Below, piece after piece: positions 16,072 through 24,216 of a stretch of DNA of 48,222 bases. The stretch is from positions 1 to 48,222 of the forward strand of contig JAGLSL010000008.1 of the NCBI GenBank assembly GCA_023135785.1, read 5' to 3'. Position numbers and translations under genes: made by a program. Numbering within the stretch: the stretch's first letter is position 1; every line of letters starts with the position of its first letter. This stretch comes from a bacterium (GTDB taxonomy: Bacteria > CAIJMQ01). The notes under the pieces are model-generated. The model saw only the letters and a program-made list of their open reading frames with translations. It did no database searches and was not told the DNA's origin.

Positions 16072-16911
16072 TTACAACTTAATTTGCATTCCCTCATAAA
16101 CAGCAAAACATTTCAAATTGCTCTTTTCTTTCTTAATTATCTGCTTACAATCTTTAACTATTTTGTCTAAATCCTTGTCTTCTCTCTCCTGATTATGATG
16201 GAATAGACCAAACTTTTTCACATTAGCTTCCATGGCTAATTTTAACGCATCTTTGTAAATGGAATGTCCCCAACCTTTTTTAGTTTTATAATCCTTTTGT
16301 GTATATTCGCAATCGTGTATAAGCAGGTCGGCTCCTGACGAAAAATCCACATAATCTTTATAATCAAGCCCTCCGGGGTGTTTAAAGGTTAATTCATTAT
16401 CTGTTAGAAAAACAAAAGATTTGTTATCTTCTATAAATTTATAACCTAATCCACCATTGGGGTGACTTAACGATATCGGGATAACCGTAACGGAATCTAT
16501 CCGAAACTTATCCTTACAAGCCTCATGATAAGAAATGTTGGCCTTGATATCTTCATAATTTACAGGGAAATAAGGAGGAGTCATTGATATTTTGAGAAGT
16601 TCCTTGATTGATTTTTGGGCAAACGGATAACCATACATTTTTATACGCGCTTTTTGGGTATATATGGGCTTAAAAAACGGAAACCCCAATAGATGATCCC
16701 AATGCGCATGTGTAAAAACGATATCATAACTATACTTTTTTTCTTCAAGAAGTTTAATCCCTAATTTTCTAATACCTGAACCCGCATCGATTATGATTAT
16801 TTCGCCATTCTTGCTCCTTACCTCCATGCAAGTGGTAGAACCTCCATATTTAATATATTCTTTGCCCGAAACCGGTATTGAGCCCCTTGCCCCCCAACAT
16901 TTAATAATCAT
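16072..16911 (-). CDS. MBL-fold metallo-hydrolase
   Basis: 279 aa. HAHWDH metal-binding motif, then further downstream His/Asp residues (DCEY, GHS, FHHN). Confidence 0.75.
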   Translation of the reverse strand: MIIKCWGARGSIPVSGKEYIKYGGSTTCMEVRSKNGEIIIIDAGSGIRKLGIKLLEEKKYSYDIVFTHAHWDHLLGFPFFKPIYTQKARIKMYGYPFAQKSIKELLKISMTPPYFPVNYEDIKANISYHEACKDKFRIDSVTVIPISLSHPNGGLGYKFIEDNKSFVFLTDNELTFKHPGGLDYKDYVDFSSGADLLIHDCEYTQKDYKTKKGWGHSIYKDALKLAMEANVKKFGLFHHNQEREDKDLDKIVKDCKQIIKKEKSNLKCFAVYEGMQIKL

Positions 16912-17025
16912 TTCAAATCCTCTTTTTTGGTAAAATTACTAACGTGATACAAATGATAGCATTACTGTGTAGTTATCTTCAAGTATTGTAACTTTTTAGG
17001 TGTTTTTAGAGTATTATATGTAGGA

Positions 17026-17523
17026 ATGGTAAATAAGATGATTTGCAAAGACTACGAAAAACAAATCTCAGGGATTTTGGATGGAGAAAAACTTCCCCGC
17101 CAAATTTTATCTCATATAGACGAATGCAAATCTTGTCTTAATTTTTATAGAGATACCATAGATTTACAAAGGGGTTTCAGCGAGATAGAAAAATTAGAAC
17201 CATCGCTGGATTTTGATGCAAAGATTCTTGAAAAACTAAAAATGCGACCTTCCTATTACAAGATTCTAATTTTAATCAGTCCCTTTATTATTTTTATTTC
17301 TTTTTTGCTTACCTCTCTTGTTGTTGGAAGATACTCCACTCAAATTACCGTGTTTTGCGCAAAAATATTAAAAATCTGGGAAGTTTTATCCGGATTGTTT
17401 TCATATAAATTTTACATCTCTGGAATTTTATTGTTTCTAAGTGCCGCATTTATTGTCATTACTTTTAGCGTATTTGATATCGTTTTACTTTCAAAACTTA
17501 TTAAAAATGGAGGAGAGTTATGA
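17026..17523 (+). CDS. putative zinc-finger (zf-HC2) anti-sigma factor, membrane anchored
   Basis: 165 aa. N-terminal C..........H...C..C pattern (CKDYEK...SHIDECKSC), followed by hydrophobic TM segments. Confidence 0.55.
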   Translation: MVNKMICKDYEKQISGILDGEKLPRQILSHIDECKSCLNFYRDTIDLQRGFSEIEKLEPSLDFDAKILEKLKMRPSYYKILILISPFIIFISFLLTSLVVGRYSTQITVFCAKILKIWEVLSGLFSYKFYISGILLFLSAAFIVITFSVFDIVLLSKLIKNGGEL

Positions 17524-18533
17524 AAAAAGTATTGATATTGTTTTGTTTTTTAATGTTATCTTCCGTATTATTGGCTAGTGAAGTTTTCCACATCGAGCAA
17601 TCCACAATTATAAAAGAGGACTTGGTTCTCATAGGCAAATCCTGCGTGATAGATGGAACCGTTAGAGGAGATGCCGTTATTATTAACGGAAACTTAGAAC
17701 TTAACGGAACGGTTGAGGGAGATGCCGTCGTTCTCGGCGGAGAAGCAATAGTCAACGGACAAAGCCACGTAAAAGGAGATTTGGTTATTGTAGGAGGAAA
17801 CCTTATAAAAGCAGAAGGTGCTTTTGTAGACGGCGAGGTCGTAATAATCTCCCTGGGACCCTTAAAAAATCTGTTTAAACTTATACCCTCGGTCGTGCAA
17901 TTCTCAACGGAAAACGGCAAAATCACAATTGAAGGAGACAGTATAATAAAGCCCTTCGGACAAGGGACAAGACAGACGCATACACGACATACATTTGGAT
18001 GGAAACCCAGCCCAATTTTGCCCTCTTGGATATTACTCGTAAAAGGGATTGCTCTATCAATGTTTATAATGATTTTCACTGCTATTTTCTCATCCGGGTC
18101 AGAAACAATGGCGCTTTATTTAGAGAAAAAACCGAGGCAAGCTTTCTTTGCCGGATTTTTAGCGCAGATTTTATTTGTTCCTGCGATTATCGTTCTTGTT
18201 TTTAGCATAATCGGAATTTTATTTATTCCTTTCTTAATGCTCGCTTATCCTATAGCATTGCTTGTAGCTCTTGTGCCTTGTTCGCTTTTTATAGGCAAAA
18301 AAATCGTTAAAGAATCCGCTTTTTTTAATGAAAAGAGATCTCTAATATCATTGATAGGACTTCTCATCCTTTTTATTATGCTTTTCCTGGGGCAACTGCT
18401 TCAAATAGGAAGCTCCGCATTAAATATTATTGGAGGAAGTATTTGCTTTTTAACACTTTTTGCATTTTATCTCTATTTTACTTTCGGGCTGGGCTGTCTT
18501 ATATTATCAAGAGTAGGCACGAGAAAACCCTGA
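17520..18533 (+). CDS. membrane protein with N-terminal bactofilin-like (polymer-forming, beta-helical) repeat domain
   Basis: 337 aa. Signal/anchor sequence, then G(D/T)V.GD.V...G.L...G repeats, then about 5 TM helices. ATGA overlap with the upstream gene. Confidence 0.6.
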   Translation: MKKVLILFCFLMLSSVLLASEVFHIEQSTIIKEDLVLIGKSCVIDGTVRGDAVIINGNLELNGTVEGDAVVLGGEAIVNGQSHVKGDLVIVGGNLIKAEGAFVDGEVVIISLGPLKNLFKLIPSVVQFSTENGKITIEGDSIIKPFGQGTRQTHTRHTFGWKPSPILPSWILLVKGIALSMFIMIFTAIFSSGSETMALYLEKKPRQAFFAGFLAQILFVPAIIVLVFSIIGILFIPFLMLAYPIALLVALVPCSLFIGKKIVKESAFFNEKRSLISLIGLLILFIMLFLGQLLQIGSSALNIIGGSICFLTLFAFYLYFTFGLGCLILSRVGTRKP

Positions 18534-18669
18534 ACCCTGCTCCACTGGTTTTACCTCCCCCCTGCACGCAGGGGTTGGTTTATAACCGTGGTCTCGGGGT
18601 CATTACCGTTCGGAAAATTCTAACATTTCTATCTTATGTAGCATCGGGGGTTTTGGGGGAGCGGGGTAA

Positions 18670-19185
18670 ATGGAACTGGATGCAAAATTCATAGAAAAGT
18701 TATATAAAAAGGACGAAGAAGCATTAGGAGTCTTTTTGGGCGAATTCAAAGTCCCGCTTTATAATTATATTTATAGAATAATTTATAACAGGCACGATGC
18801 GGAAGATATTCTGCAAGAAGTATTCTTAAAGATTTTCCGAAATATTTTCAAAATAGACTTTTCTAAAAATTACAAGTCTTTTATTTATAAAATAGCAAGA
18901 AATGCAACCCTGGACTTTCTTAAAAAAAGAAAAGAAGAATATAAGTTTAACAAGAAACCGATAGAAAAAGACGAAGAATCCTGCGAAAAATTAGAGATAA
19001 AAAACACTATAGAAATAGCGCTAAGGAGTCTAAATACAAAAGAAAGAGAGTTAATTGTTTTGAAGTATATCCAAGGTTTTAAAATTTCCGAGATCAGCGA
19101 AATTCTCAAAATACCCGAAAGTACAATTAAGATAAGGACATTTAGGATAATAAGAAAAATGAGAAATTATATGCAAGACAAATAA
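18670..19185 (+). CDS. ECF-type RNA polymerase sigma factor
   Basis: 171 aa. Region 2 (AEDILQEVFLKIF, IARNATLDFLKKR) and region 4 HTH (ISEISEILKIPESTIKIRTFR). Confidence 0.8.
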   Translation: MELDAKFIEKLYKKDEEALGVFLGEFKVPLYNYIYRIIYNRHDAEDILQEVFLKIFRNIFKIDFSKNYKSFIYKIARNATLDFLKKRKEEYKFNKKPIEKDEESCEKLEIKNTIEIALRSLNTKERELIVLKYIQGFKISEISEILKIPESTIKIRTFRIIRKMRNYMQDK

Positions 19186-19211
19186 GAAAATTTTGCCACT
19201 TTTGCTGAATA

Positions 19212-19451
19212 TCACTTTCTCAATTTCTTCACAACATATACTTTCAGAGGACACTTACATAGATAACAAGACTCAAAAAGAAATGAGTATTCACATAGCC
19301 AAGCATCTTTATTGGAACATTCTACAAACGATTCCATTGGAGTATCTTTTGTCATAGAAAGATTTTTAAAATCAGACCTGTAGCATGCAAAATCTTTTGG
19401 ACATTTCATTTCGCTCATTATTTTTTCTATTTGTTCTTTATGCTCTATCAT
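19212..19451 (-). CDS. small Cys-rich hypothetical protein (8 Cys in 79 aa)
   Basis: ORF only. Co-oriented 22 nt downstream of the 108-aa ORF. I recognise no family. Confidence 0.4.
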   Translation of the reverse strand: MIEHKEQIEKIMSEMKCPKDFACYRSDFKNLSMTKDTPMESFVECSNKDAWLCEYSFLFESCYLCKCPLKVYVVKKLRK

Positions 19452-19473
19452 TTTTTTTTCTTCCTGTTTTTAT

Positions 19474-19800
19474 TTAATCGGAAAAACTTATCCCAATCGG
19501 CAAATCTTTCCATTTTTCGCTAAGACAAGGAGGATTTTGGGGATTATTTTGTTTACAACAAGTTAACCTCCCCCAACCGAATTTTCTTAAGAGTTTACAA
19601 ATAACAAGCAAGTCTTTTCCACTAAAGTATTTATCTGCAAATTTTTTAATGGTCTCAGGTTTAAACTTTCCAGTCCCATTATTTTCTACGGCTACTACCA
19701 CTAATAAAAGAAGTGCTGTTAATTCTTTCCCTGATAATATATTGATTAGATAAGAATCAATTTTCTTAAGAATTTTAAACGATCTAAATATCTTCTCCAT
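19474..19800 (-). CDS. hypothetical protein (possible winged-helix fold, Cys-rich C-terminus)
   Basis: 108-aa ORF. AT-rich. First gene of a two-gene minus-strand unit, divergent from the XRE gene. Confidence 0.4.
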   Translation of the reverse strand: MEKIFRSFKILKKIDSYLINILSGKELTALLLLVVVAVENNGTGKFKPETIKKFADKYFSGKDLLVICKLLRKFGWGRLTCCKQNNPQNPPCLSEKWKDLPIGISFSD

Positions 19801-19880
19801 ACACTTGTAAAAAAGGAACTATTTCACTTATTTTTTATAATAAATATTATATATTATTCCTAAGTATAGAGTGTTTGTCA

Positions 19881-20006
19881 ACCCCGTTAGAGATTAAAGA
19901 GAAAAAAATATAATTCATCTCAATAATTAGGAGACAAAAAGAGAATGTATGTAAATATTAAACTGTGATTTACGGTAGCCTTATGGCTACCTATCTCTAA
20001 CGGGGT
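19881..20006. repeat. ACCCCGTTAGAGAT...ATCTCTAACGGGGT element (126 bp, perfect 14-bp terminal inverted repeats)
   Basis: Arms at 19881-19894 and 19993-20006. A-rich interior ends with the hairpin GGTAGCCttatGGCTACC just before the right arm. Confidence 0.85.
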
Positions 20007-20060
20007 CAAGGGTTTTAAAAACTTGTAGGTTAAAAATTATTATGATATTATTCCCCAGCC

Positions 20061-20561
20061 ATGAAACGACGAACTGAACAAACTATTTTGTTAGCAAAAG
20101 AGATTGGTCTAAAGCTAAGAAATATAAGGAAAAAACTGGAATTAACTCAAAAACAGCTTTCTCAAAAGATACCGGATAAATTAGATTATACATATATTGG
20201 AAAAATTGAACGGGGCGAAATACTACCTTCACTTAAAATGCTTAAAAGGATAAGTGAGGGATTGAAAGTTCCTGTAGATTTTTTCTTTCAAAAAGAAACA
20301 GTGACAGAGTTACTGAACATTCTGCCTCAAGAGATCAGAGATATTGCTCGGGACATTGATAAAGTTGCTTTTTTTAGAGCAATAAAAGAACTGGACAAAA
20401 AAGATATTCCTTTAGTAACTGAAATAATAAGAATACTGAACAAACATCGTATATCTTTGAATGAGGGCAAAGTTCACAGATATTTTCCTTCCGCAGAACA
20501 CACGGTTAGGTTGGTAGCCGAAAAGAAAACTTCTTATAAGCGCAAGAAATCTGACAAATAA
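20061..20561 (+). CDS. XRE-family helix-turn-helix transcriptional regulator with C-terminal extension
   Basis: 166 aa. LRNIRKKLELTQKQLSQKI....YIGKIERGE..PSL..L.RIS..L.V. Confidence 0.75.
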   Translation: MKRRTEQTILLAKEIGLKLRNIRKKLELTQKQLSQKIPDKLDYTYIGKIERGEILPSLKMLKRISEGLKVPVDFFFQKETVTELLNILPQEIRDIARDIDKVAFFRAIKELDKKDIPLVTEIIRILNKHRISLNEGKVHRYFPSAEHTVRLVAEKKTSYKRKKSDK

Positions 20562-20576
20562 GACATTTTTCTTGCG

Positions 20577-21608
20577 TTATTTATTTTTGGGGAAATACTT
20601 TTCTATAGCTGCCTGGATATAACCATCGTAAGCTATAACCAATTCAATAACGAAAGGAGTAAACTTACTTACTTGCATTCCTATCAAAGCAACTTGAGGC
20701 TGGGAGATGGCAACTACGAGTATATCGTCTTTTTTCTCTACTGGAATGACGCCCAACTCACGCACCGTTTTTTCCGGAAGGATGGTAGCTATTTCTTGCG
20801 GTATATTTAAACTTGACAGGTCTACCCAAGATAGATGAAATTGGCTGGCTAAAGCAACACATATATCAGTGGGAGTTATATGCTTAAGGTCTACTAATAT
20901 TTGCCCTAACTTTTTGTCTTTCTGTTCCTTTTGCTTGTTAAGGGCATCCTCCAATTGGTGAGAAGTAATATAACCCGCACCGAGAATAATTTCTCCCAAA
21001 GGTTTAATTTTTGTCTTTTCTATAAGTTTTTGTTCCGCTCTTCTTATTTCATCTTCAATTATAAAAAACCCTTCTGATTGCTGGGTAATAGTTTCTTTCT
21101 GTCCTCCGTCTTTCTTTTCTCTTTCCATCCTTTGTTGTTTAAATAATCGCTCCACTTCTTCCAGAGTAATGTTTTGTTGGTCTATTAATTTTTTACCCAA
21201 CAATCTTTTGCAATCAACGTTTTTAACCGTAGCAGCATTTATATAAATACGTTCGCTTTTATCCGCAGGATTTATAGGCACTATAAAAAAACCGGCATCT
21301 TTGAGATTATATTTGTTAGTAGAGCCGTCAACTATCTGTCCGTCCTTAAATTCCACCTTCAGCCTATAGGGAAGAACACCTGCATATATTGACTGGTCTA
21401 TGGTTTCTTTGTGCAGAATGTTTCCGCTGCTGTCTTTTTTCTTGAGAAAGATAATTTGTTTGATTAAATCTATCTTAATGGGGATGTTGTCTATTTCGCC
21501 TTTGTCGTTCTTGGATTGCAAATAAAACACGGGAAAGTTCATATTGAAACTGAACACTTCCCCTTCTTTTTCTTCTCCTTCTAAAAATTTAACTATAACA
21601 TGGTGCAT
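20577..21608 (-). CDS. protein with C-terminal T2SS-E N-terminal (MshEN-like) domain and duplicated N-terminal beta-rich modules
   Basis: 343 aa. C-terminal LGEIILGAGYITSHQLEDALNKQ....KLGQILVDLKHIT..D...ALA.QF.L..VDL....I........P....RE..V.PV is the GspE/MshE N-domain pattern. There is no ATPase domain. Confidence 0.6.
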   Translation of the reverse strand: MHHVIVKFLEGEEKEGEVFSFNMNFPVFYLQSKNDKGEIDNIPIKIDLIKQIIFLKKKDSSGNILHKETIDQSIYAGVLPYRLKVEFKDGQIVDGSTNKYNLKDAGFFIVPINPADKSERIYINAATVKNVDCKRLLGKKLIDQQNITLEEVERLFKQQRMEREKKDGGQKETITQQSEGFFIIEDEIRRAEQKLIEKTKIKPLGEIILGAGYITSHQLEDALNKQKEQKDKKLGQILVDLKHITPTDICVALASQFHLSWVDLSSLNIPQEIATILPEKTVRELGVIPVEKKDDILVVAISQPQVALIGMQVSKFTPFVIELVIAYDGYIQAAIEKYFPKNK

Positions 21609-21863
21609 TTAACTTGCATCCCTTCTGGTTTGGATAAGCAAGATTCAATTAGACATCGCAAACATCACAGCCTAAATTCCCTCACCGTTTGGTATCTTAG
21701 CATAGATATATATAAATTCAAAATGGAATTTTTCATAAAAATCTTATATTAAAACACCGGAGTTTACTCTTTATTTTTTATCTTTATAAGTGTTAGAATT
21801 AACCGTAAAATAAAATTAGTTTGTATGACATTATAATAACGGCTAAATTAGGAAATTTCTAAT

Positions 21864-22685
21864 ATGAATAATTTTGGGTTGGAATTTTTAAAGGTGTCCG
21901 GAACTGGTAACGACTTCATCATAGTTATAAATGTAGAAAATAAATATAACTATGAATGGTCCAGTCTGGCAAAAAATCTATGCAGGCGTCACCTATCTAT
22001 AGGAGCAGATGGGCTTATCGTATTGGAAACTTCTCTCAAAGCAAATGCCAGAATGAGAATATTTAATTCTGACGGGAGCGAAGCAGAGATGTGCGGTAAT
22101 GCAGCGCGCTGTTCTGCGCGGGTTCTTGTGCATAAAAAACTAACTATCCCAGGTGAAGTTAGTCTGGAAACACTCTCCGGAATTATCACGGCACAGGTAA
22201 AAGAGGATACAGTGAAAATAAAAATGACACCACCACATAGTTTCAAGGAAGAGATACATATAAAAATTGATGGCACGGATTATATCGGAAGTTTTATTAA
22301 TACAGGCGTCCCTCATGCTGTTTTTTTAACTGACGACATAAATAAAATAGACTTACTTGAGATTGCGCCTAAAATCAGAAATAATGAACAGTTTCAGCCG
22401 GAAGGAACAAATGTCAACTTTGTGCAAATCCTAGATAATAATTCAATGTCCATCCGCACATATGAAAGAGGAGTGGAAGACGAAACCTATGCATGCGGCA
22501 CAGGCGCCGTTGCTTCAAGTATCGTAAATTTTATAAAAGGCAACTTAAAAACAAACCTTATAAAAGTGCAAACAAAAGGCGGAGAATTAACTGTTTCCAT
22601 AGAAGGGACACCCGATAAAATAGAAAATATTTACCTTGCCAGTCCCGTTGAAATAATTTATTCAGCAAAAATTTCACCCCGTTAG
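21864..22685 (+). CDS. dapF: diaminopimelate epimerase
   Basis: 273 aa. SGTGNDFIIV and both catalytic Cys contexts (MCGNAARC, ACGTGAVAS). The last 3 codons and the stop lie in a repeat arm. Confidence 0.9.
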   Translation: MNNFGLEFLKVSGTGNDFIIVINVENKYNYEWSSLAKNLCRRHLSIGADGLIVLETSLKANARMRIFNSDGSEAEMCGNAARCSARVLVHKKLTIPGEVSLETLSGIITAQVKEDTVKIKMTPPHSFKEEIHIKIDGTDYIGSFINTGVPHAVFLTDDINKIDLLEIAPKIRNNEQFQPEGTNVNFVQILDNNSMSIRTYERGVEDETYACGTGAVASSIVNFIKGNLKTNLIKVQTKGGELTVSIEGTPDKIENIYLASPVEIIYSAKISPR

Positions 22686-22803
22686 AGATTAATTTAATAG
22701 AAAAAGTTTAGGCTTTACCAAAGTTTTAAAGCTAAAAACAGGGAAAGAAAACCTTGGGAGTATGACAGAAATGTCAAAAGACATTTCTTATCTCTAACGG
22801 GGT
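22676..22803. repeat. ACCCCGTTAGAGAT...ATCTCTAACGGGGT element (128 bp)
   Basis: Arms at 22676-22689 and 22790-22803 are identical to those of the 19881 element. The interior is unrelated but has the same layout, with the hairpin AGAAATGTCaaaaGACATTTCT before the right arm. The left arm supplies the dapF stop codon. Confidence 0.85.
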
Positions 22804-22820
22804 TTAGGAGAAGAAATAAA

Positions 22821-23993
22821 ATGATTGATGTTTCAAAAAAATTAAAAGCACTTGTTGAATACCCTTTTGCAGAACTTGACAGAAAAAAAGCAGAAGTTTT
22901 GAAAAAAGGTGGTGACGTTATATCCCTTGGAATTGGCGACCCCGATTTAGGACCGTTTCCGAGTGTAATAGAAAAACTAAAAGAATCAACATCAACGCTC
23001 AATGTAAATAAATACCCTTCATATAAAGGCAGCGAAGAATTACGCTACGCTGTTGCAAAATGGTATAAAGACAGATTCGGTGTAAAACTTGACCATGAAA
23101 CAGAAGTTCTAATTCTAATAGGCGCAAAAGAAGGCATAGGACATATACCATTGGCTTTTGTTGACCAAGGGGACAGCGTATTAGTACCAGACCCCGGATA
23201 TCCGGTATATAAGGCGGGCACTATTCTGGCTGGTGGTTCACCTTTAACTATGCCATTGCACGCAGAAAACGGATTTCTTCCGGATCTAAAAGACATTGAA
23301 AAAAAATATGGGCCTCAACTTATAAACTGTAAAATGATGTTCTTAAATTATCCAAATAACCCGACCAGCGCCATAGCTGACGAAGGCTTTTTTAAAGAAG
23401 TCGTCGATTTTGCGCAGCGACACAATATAATCATCTGCCACGATGCAACTTATTCGGAAATTACTTATGATAACTATAAAGCACAAAGCTTTCTGGAAAC
23501 AGAAGGAGCCAAAAATGTCGGAGTAGAATTCCATTCGCTTTCAAAATCCTGCAATATGACAGGTTGGAGAATTGGATTTGTAGTAGGCAATAGAGAAGTA
23601 ATTGTAGGATTGGGGAAAGTAAAAACAAACATGGATTCAGGTGCGCCAAACCATATGCAGATTGCAGGGATAGAAGCGATAAATACAATGCAGGAAAATT
23701 TGGGAAGGATTCTTCCGGTATATAAAGAGAGAAGAGACCTATTAGTGAAAGCAATGCAGGAAGCAGGCATCAATATGCAGTCTCCAAAAGCGACATTCTA
23801 CCTGTGGATTCCTGTCCCTGCTGGCATGAAGTCTGTAGACTTCTGCGGGAAAGTACTTGAAGAATGCGGCGTTCTGGTAACACCCGGCACAGGTTTTGGA
23901 GCTGAAGGTGAAGGTTATTTCAGGATAAGCTTAACCGCCTCCACAGAAAAAATAGAAGAAGCATATAAAAGAATTAAAAATTTGAAATTGTAA
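22821..23993 (+). CDS. dapL: class I/II PLP aminotransferase, probable LL-diaminopimelate aminotransferase
   Basis: 390 aa. N.PNNPT and SLSKS.NM.GWR (PLP lysine) motifs. Immediately downstream of dapF. The substrate assignment is an inference from synteny. Confidence 0.6.
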   Translation: MIDVSKKLKALVEYPFAELDRKKAEVLKKGGDVISLGIGDPDLGPFPSVIEKLKESTSTLNVNKYPSYKGSEELRYAVAKWYKDRFGVKLDHETEVLILIGAKEGIGHIPLAFVDQGDSVLVPDPGYPVYKAGTILAGGSPLTMPLHAENGFLPDLKDIEKKYGPQLINCKMMFLNYPNNPTSAIADEGFFKEVVDFAQRHNIIICHDATYSEITYDNYKAQSFLETEGAKNVGVEFHSLSKSCNMTGWRIGFVVGNREVIVGLGKVKTNMDSGAPNHMQIAGIEAINTMQENLGRILPVYKERRDLLVKAMQEAGINMQSPKATFYLWIPVPAGMKSVDFCGKVLEECGVLVTPGTGFGAEGEGYFRISLTASTEKIEEAYKRIKNLKL

Positions 23994-24047
23994 AATTGTC
24001 GGATTTTAAAAATTTTCTCCACTTTTAAAAAATTTAACTTATTTTTT

Positions 24048-24062
24048 GCACAATTTTTGTGC
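24048..24062. promoter_or_regulatory. palindromic operator candidate GCACAA-ttt-TTGTGC, abutting TGC-TATAAT (extended -10 at 24060-24068)
   Basis: Perfect 6+3+6 palindrome. The same motif occurs at 28948-28962 and, with one mismatch, at 31197-31211. Confidence 0.5.
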
Positions 24063-24093
24063 TATAATTTCATCTGTTGATTTAGTGAGATTT

Positions 24094-24129
24094 AACCACG
24101 ACGCCGTGGAAAGCGCCGTGGTTTTTTTA
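24094..24129 (+). terminator. intrinsic terminator or attenuator in the dapL-gdhA spacer
   Basis: AACCACG (24094-24100) pairs with CGTGGTT (24117-24123), followed by a T7 run. The direct repeat CGCCGTGG x2 offers an alternative, non-terminating partner at 24105-24109. Confidence 0.55.
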
Positions 24130-24131
24130 TT

Positions 24132-24158
24132 TTGTAATATTAGAAAAAGTGGTAAAAT
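24132..24158 (+). promoter_or_regulatory. second promoter candidate for gdhA (TTGTAA-N15-TGG-TAAAAT)
   Basis: Extended -10 TGGTAAAAT at 24150-24158. The spacer is short at 15 nt. Confidence 0.3.
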
Positions 24159-24216
24159 CCACAAAGCAGTGATAACGACAAAGGTGTCTAACAAGTTAAG
24201 TGAGGAGGTTAGTTCT

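Noticed and set aside
17501-18079. Long antisense ORFs inside well-supported genes (for example 17501-18079, 39314-39805, 41451-41909, 36960-37397, 35585-35980, 27067-27417, 27682-28014, 25014-25412)
   Set aside because: These are shadow frames opposite genes with strong family signatures. Their composition is low-complexity or Ser/Pro-rich, and they have no RBS.
18443-18694. 83-aa ORF bridging the membrane-protein gene and the ECF sigma gene
   Set aside because: It overlaps both neighbours out of frame and runs through a structured G-rich spacer, with no family resemblance.
19881-20006. Integron attC sites (conserved inverted ends, variable centre)
   Set aside because: attC reads RYYYAAC...GTTRRRY, whereas these elements read GTTAGAG...CTCTAAC, the opposite order. 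The core positions do not fit, no intI gene is seen, and the flanking genes are housekeeping.
24047-24063. Sigma-54 (-24/-12) promoter reading of TTGCAC-N5-TTGTGC and the glnA and gltB copies
   Set aside because: The invariant GG (-24) and GC (-12) dinucleotides are missing in all three copies (TG/AG and GT). The perfect dyad symmetry fits a dimeric repressor or activator site better.
24046-24216. ORF-track N-terminal extensions: gdhA 24046, tig 6534, hisH 44584, guaA 42881, porin 26261, corA 15258, SIS protein 15419
   Set aside because: The extensions run through promoters, terminators or repeat arms and lack an RBS. Internal starts have good Shine-Dalgarno sequences and match the conserved family N-termini.
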